This document shows, piece by piece, positions 28,899 to 37,631 of a stretch of 64,000 bases of DNA (position 1 is the first letter of the stretch; each line of letters opens with the position of its first letter). Source of the stretch: Acidimicrobiaceae bacterium (GTDB lineage: Bacteria; Actinomycetota; Acidimicrobiia; Acidimicrobiales; Aldehydirespiratoraceae); NCBI GenBank assembly GCA_009835735.1, contig VXWX01000019.1, forward strand, positions 979-64,978, in the 5' to 3' direction. Under the pieces are notes generated by a model, which was not told the origin of the DNA, did not search any database, and was given only the letters and a program-made list of their open reading frames with translations. Position numbers and translations under genes: made by a program.

Positions 28899-29866
28899 GC
28901 CCCACTGCCTCGCCGCCAGCGCCGCTGTCCGAGGCAGTTCTCGACATCAGAGCCGAGGAGTTCCTGGCCTGGCTGGCTGTGGAGCGGGGCCGATCCCCCC
29001 GCACCGTCGAGGCCTACCGCCGCGACCTGTTGCGCTACGCAGGTCATGTCGCGGCCAGGAAGCGCAACCTCGACGACGTCGGGACGGGCGACGTCGTTGC
29101 ATTCGTCCGCGCCCTGCAGCACGACGGGCTGGCCCCGGCCTCCGTTACCCGGATGCTCGTTTCGGTGAGGGGACTGCACCGCTTCCTCGCCGCTGAAGGT
29201 CATCGAGACGACGATCCGACCGTCGACGTCGAGATACCGAGCCTGCCCCGGGGCCTGCCCAAGGCCCTGTCGGTCGCCCAAGTCGCCTCCCTGATGGATG
29301 CCGTCGTCGGTGACGATCCACCGGCCCGCCGCGATCGGGCCGTGCTGGAGCTGCTGTACGGCACGGGCTGCCGGATCTCGGAGGCCGGGTCGCTGTCGCT
29401 TCCCGACGTGGACCTCCACGACGGCCTGGTGCGCCTCACCGGCAAGGGCGCCAAGGAGCGCATAGTGCCGCTGGGCCGATGCGCCGCGGAGGCGCTGGAA
29501 CGGTGGCTGGCGCCGACAGGACGCGGTGCGCTGGAACCGGCTCGCTGGGCTCGCCGCGGCGACGCCGAGGCGGTGTTCCTAAACCAGCGGGGCGGGCGCC
29601 TCGGTCGCCAGGGACTGTGGCTCATCGTGCGCCGTCACGGCGAGGCGGCCGGGATCGGGTCGTTGCTCACTCCCCACGTGCTGCGCCATTCCTGCGCCAC
29701 CCACATGCTCGACGGCGGCGCCGACATACGCATCGTGCAGGAGATGCTCGGCCACGCCTCCATCTCCACCACCCAGATCTACACCAAGGTCTCCACCGAG
29801 CGCCTCCGGGCGGTCTACCGGGCCGCCCACCCCCGCGCCGCGGCGCCGACTAGCCGTCGGACGTAG
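28895..29866 (+). CDS. xerD: Site-specific tyrosine recombinase XerD
   Basis: ATG 28895 overlaps the nudix stop (ATGA). The N-terminal SAM-like domain (FLAWLAVERGRSPRTVEAYRRDL) and the catalytic residues in context (YGTGCRISE, HVLRHSCATHML, LGHASISTTQIYTKV) are present. An unusual 10-aa tail follows HPRA. The upstream 464 codons of track ORF 27503..29866 are an artefact inside pyrG. Confidence 0.9.
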   Translation: MSPTASPPAPLSEAVLDIRAEEFLAWLAVERGRSPRTVEAYRRDLLRYAGHVAARKRNLDDVGTGDVVAFVRALQHDGLAPASVTRMLVSVRGLHRFLAAEGHRDDDPTVDVEIPSLPRGLPKALSVAQVASLMDAVVGDDPPARRDRAVLELLYGTGCRISEAGSLSLPDVDLHDGLVRLTGKGAKERIVPLGRCAAEALERWLAPTGRGALEPARWARRGDAEAVFLNQRGGRLGRQGLWLIVRRHGEAAGIGSLLTPHVLRHSCATHMLDGGADIRIVQEMLGHASISTTQIYTKVSTERLRAVYRAAHPRAAAPTSRRT

Positions 29867-32018
29867 CCCACTTCAGTAGAGCGCGAAGAAGGGACGTGGC
29901 ACCACGTCCGTTCACACGCACCAAACGCGACGACTCAACCGAGCGCTCGATCGCGATAGTAGCTGCGTGCTTTGCGTGGCTGGTCTGCATGAGGACGACA
30001 TCCGAACGACGCACGAAGCCATCCAACTCGGAGTTGTTCGCTTTGGCGTGCGATAGCCGTACCTCAACGCCGGGCCACTCGTCACGGATCCACTCTGCGG
30101 CGTTCTTGGCAGCCGATTCGGACAACGAGTAGATGCCGACCCGATCAAAGGCTTTGGCCTTTCGAGAAACATGGGAGCCGGCCTGATCCGTAGGCGGCGG
30201 ATCGAAGTCGAGACCTATGTGCGCGAACAGCTTCCTAAGTACGGTCGCTTCGGTCTCGTCGATCCGCCCGTACCACGAGACGGCGACGCCGAGCGCCTCG
30301 GCGAACAACTCGGCACGCAATCGGGTGTCGGGGACCGCGCTCAACAACTGAACGTCCAACATCCCCGTCAACCAGTCGACCTCCCGTGGGCCAAGGAGGA
30401 CTAGTTGGTCGCGCAGGGCGGCTACGGCGGTCCGGTACTCGTCCGCCGAGCAACCCGTCAGAAGGATCTCGCCGAGCAGATCGAGAGCGGCGAGCCTTTC
30501 CGCTCGACCCGGATCGCTTCCAAGCATGATGTCGAAGATGGTCACTGCCAGAGGTATGGACGAAGGCCGAAGACCGTCGTCGGACGCGAGCCACTCAACG
30601 AGGGCTGGGAGGCCATTTCGTACGCGGCCCCGACGATCGTCGTTTAGAGCGTCGAGCAGTTCACCAGCGAGCGTGTCGGCTGCTTCATGGGCTGAGGCGA
30701 TGTCGCGCTCCCAAGCTGAAGACCAGTCGTTGAGGAGATCCGGGCGGTCGGGCCATTCGCCTCGCAGCCAATCCATCCAGTCTTCGGGGACCTGAGTGCC
30801 CTGATTGCGTTCGACCAACTGTCTGTAGAACGCGCCTTCGACGGCTTGCGATAGCAGAGCGTCGCGGTCGGCTGCCGGAAGTCGATCTACGAGGGCGACC
30901 GCACGTGCCGCGGCTCCAGCACTGCCCAGATTGAGTGCGGCATGCATGACTGCGGTCGCGACATCCCGATCAGGCTTGGCTCGTTCGGCGGCATCAAGCG
31001 CCAGTTCGAGATCCCCGCGCTGGTGATGACCCAGGATCGCGGAGACGCCGTCCAGACGTTCAGTCTCTTTGGAGGTTCGCTCGGTGGCGGACTCGAGTGC
31101 AGCCACGATTCCTGCCACCAGGGCGTCCTCGCTCCAGTCCGATCGAAGGAAGTCGATCACCCCGCGCCTTGGAGACTCGGCGAGGAGTTCGATTAGCGCG
31201 AGACACCTCGCGCCGTGAACAGACCGAACCTGACTCGGGTGCGATAGCAGTCCAGGCCATGCCTCCTCAATGGCCGACGCAACTGACCGCCAGGTGTCGT
31301 ATCCCGACTCTTCCGCAGTCGGAGGGATGTGAAGGGCGTCGGCGGCGCGGGCGAGATAGTCGCTGACGGCTGGGGGACGCCGTAGCAGTGAGATGTCTTC
31401 GAGGAGAGGATCGTGCCGGAGTTCTTCGGGAGATCCGAGGCGACCAAGCAGTTCGACACGGAGGAATCGGATGTTGGTCGCCGAGAGCAAGCCTCCAGCG
31501 CGGATCTCCTCCAGTGCCTCCGTCGCTGAGTCTCGATCCCTCGCGGCGATCGCTTCGTAGAAGTGCCTCAGGACTCTGCCAACAGGTCGCGGCGTGTGGG
31601 GAGCGCGCTCTGGGGTGAGCGCCCATACATCGACCAATGAGTGGACGTTCTGGCGTGCCTCACTCTGCCAGCCCGCTGTGACACGACTCCGCAAGACGAT
31701 CCCATCGCTGTTGAACTGTGCTGCTCGTTCGTCAATCACGTCCTCGGGTGTCTCGACAACAGATGGGCCGTCGCACAAAGGAGGTCCGAGCCACGAGGCC
31801 ATCTCCTCTGTCAGCAGCCGGCCGTCACGATCGGATCCGGCGATCCCGTACCACCTCGTCCTGTTGTTGATCCTGGCCGGCAGCAGCGTCCGCTTGCCGT
31901 TTGCGAGCCGGCTCAGTAGGACTCGCATCAATTCTGCGGCCTCCCCTGGAAGGGTGCTGAAATCGACTTCGTTGGGCTCTTCGTAGAAGGTGCTCACGCG
32001 GGGGTCGATCTCACTCAT
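29850..32018 (-). CDS. Large uncharacterised protein, last gene of the cluster (possible DpdD equivalent)
   Basis: 722-726 aa. ATG 32016-32018 overlaps the PLD-gene stop (ATGA), and an alternative GTG lies at 32030. I recognise no catalytic motifs. It appears mostly helical, with a C-terminal alpha/beta-looking ~100 aa (VGIYSLSESAAKNAAEWIRDEWPGVEVRLSH...VVLMQTSHAKHAA). The assignment to DpdD is by elimination only. Confidence 0.45.
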   Translation of the reverse strand: MSEIDPRVSTFYEEPNEVDFSTLPGEAAELMRVLLSRLANGKRTLLPARINNRTRWYGIAGSDRDGRLLTEEMASWLGPPLCDGPSVVETPEDVIDERAAQFNSDGIVLRSRVTAGWQSEARQNVHSLVDVWALTPERAPHTPRPVGRVLRHFYEAIAARDRDSATEALEEIRAGGLLSATNIRFLRVELLGRLGSPEELRHDPLLEDISLLRRPPAVSDYLARAADALHIPPTAEESGYDTWRSVASAIEEAWPGLLSHPSQVRSVHGARCLALIELLAESPRRGVIDFLRSDWSEDALVAGIVAALESATERTSKETERLDGVSAILGHHQRGDLELALDAAERAKPDRDVATAVMHAALNLGSAGAAARAVALVDRLPAADRDALLSQAVEGAFYRQLVERNQGTQVPEDWMDWLRGEWPDRPDLLNDWSSAWERDIASAHEAADTLAGELLDALNDDRRGRVRNGLPALVEWLASDDGLRPSSIPLAVTIFDIMLGSDPGRAERLAALDLLGEILLTGCSADEYRTAVAALRDQLVLLGPREVDWLTGMLDVQLLSAVPDTRLRAELFAEALGVAVSWYGRIDETEATVLRKLFAHIGLDFDPPPTDQAGSHVSRKAKAFDRVGIYSLSESAAKNAAEWIRDEWPGVEVRLSHAKANNSELDGFVRRSDVVLMQTSHAKHAATIAIERSVESSRLVRVNGRGATSLLRALLKWATSDG

Positions 32019-32542
32019 GGTTCGCCCCACCTGTCTCGATACGTAGCCCGCGCCCGTGCAACCGCATCGCTGTCATCCGTGAGATGAACGACTTCCTCGA
32101 GCTTCCGCAGTCCGTTGTAGGTCAAGTTCATCGAGCCGCTGAGCAAGGTGGTGGCAAATAAGATTCCCTTCTCGTGCAGTTCAGGAGACATGCTGATGCG
32201 CACACACTGTTCACGGTCGAGATCCCGAGCTCTGCGCTGGATCTGGTCTGTGAACGATCGGTTGTGGTCGTCGGGGCGGCAGGCGACGACGAGGGATCCG
32301 CCCCGAATCAACTGCTGGTCGATGATTTCGCCAAGTCGAATCCAGCGTTCCGGGAGTGCCGGGATTAACCCTGCGAAGCGACCCGCTCGGTTGTCAATAA
32401 TCGGAACGTCAGAGATCCACGGAGTCACCATCCACAGAGGCGTGCTGGGCACGAGAACCTCGGCGACGAAGAGGCACTGGAGCGCGTCTGCCAACTCCTC
32501 CCGAGAGCCGAAGGCCGTAGTGCGGAGACTCCGGACCGTCAC
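32015..32542 (-). CDS. dpdK: Phospholipase-D/HKD-family nuclease (DpdK-like)
   Basis: Single HKD motif HEKGILFATTLLSGSMNLTYNG (HxK-x4-D-like-x6-GSxN). GTG 32540-32542 overlaps the stop of the upstream helicase (GTGA). About 175 aa from this start; the track start 32695 lies inside the helicase gene. Confidence 0.8.
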   Translation of the reverse strand: MTVRSLRTTAFGSREELADALQCLFVAEVLVPSTPLWMVTPWISDVPIIDNRAGRFAGLIPALPERWIRLGEIIDQQLIRGGSLVVACRPDDHNRSFTDQIQRRARDLDREQCVRISMSPELHEKGILFATTLLSGSMNLTYNGLRKLEEVVHLTDDSDAVARARATYRDRWGEP

Positions 32543-35500
32543 TGTTGTGCCTCGCGGATGTCCACCGTCAGGGTGATCTCGGCTGTCGACCGTTCGACGC
32601 CAACCACCCGGGGATGAAACTCCAGGACGCCGACCGCGGTCGGCGCTGTCAGCAGTTGATGCAGGGCGTGCGCTGCCTCTGCCTCGTCCGTGCATGCGAT
32701 CCGCGCGACTCCGTCGAGGCCCAAACGGTTGTCGAGGTCGTTTCTCCAGTCGGCGGTGCCGAACCGAACGGCGGCAGCGGGCGCTTGTGTGATGGACTCG
32801 ACAAGCAGACGCTCGGTATTCGGCGGCTGACGGTACGGGTTGTAGCTGTCCAGACTCGCCGCACGCAACTTGCTACCGCGGGGCCATAGCAGCCCGACGA
32901 TCTGCCCGACAGTCCACTCTGAATTCTGGTCGGCCTCCGATGCGATGGCGGCCAGTGCCCGGCGAGTCTCGTCATGTTGAGCCGCTATGTAGGCGAACAC
33001 ACGGAGATCAACTTCAAGTCCCAGTTCGGCCTCCAGCGCGTCCCAGCGATGGAGCAGGTCTCGGCACAGTCGCTCTACCGGCGTGTCGCTGCCTGCTCGG
33101 AGGAGTCGAGTAGCAAGTGCGCTGATCACGGTCTGGTCCGCGTCAATCCCAGTGCGGAACATCCTCTCGCGAAGCGACGCCCAGGCCCTCGTCGTGGCGG
33201 CGAGGTTCGAGGCCGCTCGGATGTGGTCGACTTCGCTGGAGAGGCGCCCTTCGTCTCGGTCTCTCAAGAACCGGCGCAGCGCCCCGTCGACGCGCTCGCC
33301 GTCGCATGGGCCGAGAACACTTGTCACTACGGCCCAGAACGCTCGCGGATCCTCGGTGATCCGGTCGACCGCAGTCTCAACTACGCCGCTCCCACCGGGT
33401 TGATCCTCTGAGATCGTGATTTGCGCGAACGGCTTGTCGTCATCGGACGACAGGAGTTCGAAGTCCGCCCGCAGATCGTCAACCTCAAGGTCGGGGCACA
33501 CTGCCTGCATCGCTCCGATGAGTCCCGCCGCGACCGTGGACGCATAGCGCTCGTGTATCCATGCGAGCGACTCCGCCGGCATCGGCCTGTTCAGGACCAT
33601 CAGACACCGTCGGAGCGCGACCACGTTCTCACTGTCGCGGAGGGCGAGCTCCACGTCTGTGACGAGACCTGGGTCGCGGACGGGTTCCGCCGGATCGTCC
33701 GACGGTCCCTCAGCGCCGAATACCGAGCGAGCGGCCTCGACCATCGCTCCGGTCAGAGCCGCGGCGGAGGGTTCAACGAGGCTCGCCCCGGCGCTGGCGG
33801 ACGCGGTCACCACCGCGCACAGCGCGAGTTGTGCGAGCCACTCGCGAAGGAATGGAGACGGAACTCCCTCAGCCAGCACGGAGTCGGTGAGAACCAGGTG
33901 CTCGAAGTAGGTGGTGCGAAGGGCGCGGTCGAGTGCAGTCCCAGGCAGGGAGGGCAGATCCTCGGGCAGCTCGACGTCGAACCGGAGCCCGTCGACCTCC
34001 ATCGCGAACCCGATGGCGGCATCGTCTCCCGCCAGTCGCACTCGGTGCCGTGTCGCCGGCGGCTCGGTCGGAACGTGTCGCTCGATCTCAACAGTCCGTG
34101 CTATCCGCCAGATGGTCAGCGGTGCCCGGGCTCGGTGGGTCATCACCGCCACGGATCGAACCTGCTTCGTCCACGGAGTGCCGGATGGAACGTCCAGTGC
34201 GGCCGGTGCGCCGTCGACCCGGAAGAACACTTCCCAACTCCATCTGCCGTACGACGAGTCGGGCACGCGGTGAAGATCGGGGCGCGTCAACTGAAGCGAA
34301 CGGGGTTGGACCACGGGCTCCTGTACGCCGGGTGGACATGCCAGGTGCAGGTAGTCCGAGCAGAAGGTGTCGAGGTCGAGGCTCGGTTCCGTCGATGGCG
34401 GCGGCTCGACCCACATACGCTCGCGCTTGCCTCCGAGGGCGAACCGGTAGCTGACTCTTCCGGGAGCAAACTCGCGCATCGACGGCGCTATCGGTTCGAT
34501 CTTGGGCTCGGGCTGGACCGATCCGGTATGGGGGAGTTCAATCCGCACCTCGGGGGTCTGTAGCAGAGCGAAGAGCGTGCTCGGGACGAAATCCACGAGG
34601 GGATCGCCCCATCGGAAGCGGCTGGGCAAATTGTGCTGGCTGACGACGGCTTCGAGACGACGAATGATCGTCGGCAGGACGGTGGTGGCAATCGCACGCG
34701 GGTAGTCGAAGAGGACCGAACGAGCTTCCTCCTCACTGATCCGAAAGGACCGTTGGAGGTCGCTCCCTATCCTGTCGAGGCCTTCGTCGGTCAGCAGTTT
34801 CCTGGCTGCGGTCAGTGCATCGCCCGCTGCCCGGACTTGCCGGTCGGGGTTGCGCGACCACGGCGACTTGAGCACGGATCGCAGAGGAGTTCCGCCCGAT
34901 GCTCGTGTCAGGTGGTCGACCAGCCACCATGTGGCCTGCATCTTGAGAATGACCCGGTTCTTGATTGGCAGGTGGGAGGGTTGGACCTTAGGATCGAACA
35001 GGGATTCGTAGGCTTGGAACGCGAGCCGGTCTCGTCCATAGTCGGACAGGGCCACGGCCGTCCAGGGCCGCATCGCTGGGTCCCTGCCGGCCCTCCCCCG
35101 ACGTTGAAGGAACTGCGCCGAGTCACGTGGGGCCTTGTGCTGAAGCACCGCGCCGACATTCGGATCGTCGAATCCCACCTCGAGGGAGGCAGTGGCGACG
35201 ACGATGTCGCTCTTGCTGTCGACGCCAGCGTCCTGCGAAGTCGTACGGTCGACGACAACATGGCGGTCCAGCGTGCCCAACTCCGAGGAGGCGTCCCAGA
35301 GTTGGCCCACCTCGTCTCGCGGACCGTTGTCGTTGCCTGGGGCGCGGAGGAGCGCGAGGCTTCCCTCCGGCTTACGGTCCACGCCCCCCGGCTTCCAGCC
35401 TTCGGCGTCCTGCAGTTGCGAATGGAGCCGGTTGACGACGTCGAGCTTGTCGGTGAATGCGAAGACGCGGTTCCCGAATGCGCCGCCGCTGGGGACGCCG

Positions 35501-36897
35501 GACTCGACGTCGAGCATGCGACGCATGAGCATCGCCGTTTGGATGGTTGTCGAGAGCAGGGACGTCTGCGACGCGGGATCGCCGCGGAGTGCCATGAAAT
35601 ACTCACGGCCCGACTCGCGCATTTCGGCATCGCTGGGTGCCACGACGGCCACATTTCCGGTGTCGGCTCCCATCAACTGGGAGAAGAACCCCGCCGGGTC
35701 GGCAAGCGTGGCGGACAGCCCGACCACGTGGCTCGGATGCGCCATCTCGGCGCGCCACCGGCGAATGAGATGAGCCACTTGCGCGCCGTGTGTCCCGGAG
35801 TAGGTGTGGATCTCATCGAGCAGGACAAAATCGGGGGCGCCGCTGGAGTCCCCGACAAGCAGTCGTCGCATACGGGGCGTTCCAAGCAGCCGGTTCACCA
35901 TCTCCGTCGTGGTAAAGAGGATCTCGGGCGGCTTCGAGGTCAGCGTCCGGCGGGAGAACACGAGCGACTCCAACTCGAATCCGCATCTGCTGCACCGAAG
36001 ATGGAGGCCTTCTTTGGCGCCGTCCGGCCAGACGAACTCGCCAGAGCATCCGTCCGCGATGCAAGTGACCATCGGTGATGTAAGCCCTTCTGCTGTGGAG
36101 CGCCATCCTCTGAGCCGGTTCCACCGCGCCTCATCCCGGTCGTGCGGTGTCGCTCCATAAAGAGCACCCACTCGCAGGCGGACCGAACCGCGTTCCTTCA
36201 AATCCTCAGCAAGCTCCAGGATCGTGCCGAGTTGGTCTCGCAGCAGTTCGGTGCGCGGGTATATCGCGACGATGCGGGGAATCCCAGCGGGTGCGGGAAC
36301 GCTGAGCGCGTGAGTCAGCGCGGGGAGATAGAAGGCCAGCGTCTTGCCAGCGCCCGTGCCTGCGGTGACGCAGGTTCCTCCGCGGTCGCCCACCGCGCTC
36401 AACAGCCTCTCGGTTGACCTCGCCTGAAACTCTGACACCGACCGCCCGCCGAGGATCGCGCTCAGGGTTGCTTCATGGCTGACCGTCCACCGCTCGCCCA
36501 GGTCGGTGCTGAGACGGTCGGTCAACTCCCGTTCATCGACAGCTCGAACGGGAACAACGCGCGGACGGGCAAGGAAGCGCATGTCTGAGACGAGCGTCTT
36601 GGCCGTGCGCCAGTCGCTTCGAGGGCCGTGGAACCACTGCCTAAGGTGCCGAGCCAGGCGAACCGTCTCTGCCATGCGTGTCCGGAACCGACTCCCGGCG
36701 AGTCCACGCTCGAAGACCAGCCCAGCCGCGAGGAGCCGCTTCAGGAGGTCCTCGGGATCGTCTTGGGGCTTCACCGCTTCCAGCAGTTCGAGGATCTCGT
36801 GCTCGCCGTATGCACCACTCGTGACGCCCCATGTGAGAAGGGGCATCTCGCGCGCCTCCAGTTCGTTGAGAACCTCAACGAGGACAGGGTCGGTCAC
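32539..36897 (-). CDS. dpdJ: Giant DExH-box superfamily-2 helicase with long C-terminal extension (DpdJ-like)
   Basis: 1452 aa. Motif I TAGTGAGKTLAF, motif II LLDEIHTYSG, motif III GLSATLA and motifs V/VI ATASLEVGFD...QRRGRAGRD are present. A Cys4 insertion (CIADGCSGEF...LRCSRCGFE) lies between motifs I and II. About 800 aa downstream have no family I recognise. Confidence 0.8.
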   Translation of the reverse strand: MTDPVLVEVLNELEAREMPLLTWGVTSGAYGEHEILELLEAVKPQDDPEDLLKRLLAAGLVFERGLAGSRFRTRMAETVRLARHLRQWFHGPRSDWRTAKTLVSDMRFLARPRVVPVRAVDERELTDRLSTDLGERWTVSHEATLSAILGGRSVSEFQARSTERLLSAVGDRGGTCVTAGTGAGKTLAFYLPALTHALSVPAPAGIPRIVAIYPRTELLRDQLGTILELAEDLKERGSVRLRVGALYGATPHDRDEARWNRLRGWRSTAEGLTSPMVTCIADGCSGEFVWPDGAKEGLHLRCSRCGFELESLVFSRRTLTSKPPEILFTTTEMVNRLLGTPRMRRLLVGDSSGAPDFVLLDEIHTYSGTHGAQVAHLIRRWRAEMAHPSHVVGLSATLADPAGFFSQLMGADTGNVAVVAPSDAEMRESGREYFMALRGDPASQTSLLSTTIQTAMLMRRMLDVESGVPSGGAFGNRVFAFTDKLDVVNRLHSQLQDAEGWKPGGVDRKPEGSLALLRAPGNDNGPRDEVGQLWDASSELGTLDRHVVVDRTTSQDAGVDSKSDIVVATASLEVGFDDPNVGAVLQHKAPRDSAQFLQRRGRAGRDPAMRPWTAVALSDYGRDRLAFQAYESLFDPKVQPSHLPIKNRVILKMQATWWLVDHLTRASGGTPLRSVLKSPWSRNPDRQVRAAGDALTAARKLLTDEGLDRIGSDLQRSFRISEEEARSVLFDYPRAIATTVLPTIIRRLEAVVSQHNLPSRFRWGDPLVDFVPSTLFALLQTPEVRIELPHTGSVQPEPKIEPIAPSMREFAPGRVSYRFALGGKRERMWVEPPPSTEPSLDLDTFCSDYLHLACPPGVQEPVVQPRSLQLTRPDLHRVPDSSYGRWSWEVFFRVDGAPAALDVPSGTPWTKQVRSVAVMTHRARAPLTIWRIARTVEIERHVPTEPPATRHRVRLAGDDAAIGFAMEVDGLRFDVELPEDLPSLPGTALDRALRTTYFEHLVLTDSVLAEGVPSPFLREWLAQLALCAVVTASASAGASLVEPSAAALTGAMVEAARSVFGAEGPSDDPAEPVRDPGLVTDVELALRDSENVVALRRCLMVLNRPMPAESLAWIHERYASTVAAGLIGAMQAVCPDLEVDDLRADFELLSSDDDKPFAQITISEDQPGGSGVVETAVDRITEDPRAFWAVVTSVLGPCDGERVDGALRRFLRDRDEGRLSSEVDHIRAASNLAATTRAWASLRERMFRTGIDADQTVISALATRLLRAGSDTPVERLCRDLLHRWDALEAELGLEVDLRVFAYIAAQHDETRRALAAIASEADQNSEWTVGQIVGLLWPRGSKLRAASLDSYNPYRQPPNTERLLVESITQAPAAAVRFGTADWRNDLDNRLGLDGVARIACTDEAEAAHALHQLLTAPTAVGVLEFHPRVVGVERSTAEITLTVDIREAQQ

Positions 36898-37631
36898 GAT
36901 CGGCGAACTACGAAGGCGTCCAGCACGCCGGCCGACCGGAGCGCGGCCATGAGTTCGGGCGTCACCTCGCTGAGGGGCAGGCCGCCGGATGATGTTGCGC
37001 GCTGGATGGCGACCTGCACCTCCGGTGGCCTTCGAGCATGATCCCGGTCTATGTCAGCGATCACCTCTCGAAGTTCTTGGATGAGTTTGTTGACTTGCTC
37101 GATGCAGGCACCAAGGCCTCTCGTCTTGAGGTGCGCTTCCAACTCGGATCGTTCCCTGATCGGGTCCAGGTTGCGAACAACTCCAAGCGTTCGGGCACGG
37201 TTCTGTGCTCTCACCTTGTCTGTGGTCGTTCCGTGGAGGTCGGCGGAGTTCGCGCGCTCCAGCAACTCTTCGACAGTGGCGAAGTTGTCTCGCCAGGTCG
37301 ATCTGGCCCAGCGGTCGACCCGCCTGATCTGGTCAGCAACGACATCGTGTAGCGTGGCTGCCGACTGCTGCTGAAGTGCCTTGGGACCGCTCTTGGAGAG
37401 GGCGCCGCGAAAGCGACCGATGGCCTGACGGATCGCGCTGGTGTCCAGCCTCGGCGGATCCGTGCGACCAATCGCTGCTCGGTAGGACTGAACAGCCTCG
37501 AGGTACTCAGCCGCCGATGCGATGTCACTCCGCACAGTCTGTCCGCGCGCCAGCAGTTCATCTTCCGTGTCCGCTGTGCTCGCAGCTTCCAGCTGGAGTC
37601 GAAGCTCGTTGGCGGTCTCGAAGAGTGTCAC
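36894..37631 (-). CDS. Uncharacterised helical/coiled-coil protein (DpdI position)
   Basis: 245 aa. It has GTGA overlaps at both ends (37628-37631 and 36894-36897). No motifs are recognised, and the assignment is positional. Confidence 0.55.
   Translation of the reverse strand: MTLFETANELRLQLEAASTADTEDELLARGQTVRSDIASAAEYLEAVQSYRAAIGRTDPPRLDTSAIRQAIGRFRGALSKSGPKALQQQSAATLHDVVADQIRRVDRWARSTWRDNFATVEELLERANSADLHGTTTDKVRAQNRARTLGVVRNLDPIRERSELEAHLKTRGLGACIEQVNKLIQELREVIADIDRDHARRPPEVQVAIQRATSSGGLPLSEVTPELMAALRSAGVLDAFVVRRS

Noticed and set aside
33421-36078. Long plus-strand ORFs inside the island: 33421..34563, 34633..36078, 38237..39019, 39836..41449, 43772..44365, 46654..47415.
   Set aside because: They are antisense to the helicase/NTPase genes, whose SF2 and Walker motifs are intact. 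The translations are low complexity with no motifs and no RBS context. I treat them as non-coding. Antisense transcription cannot be excluded.
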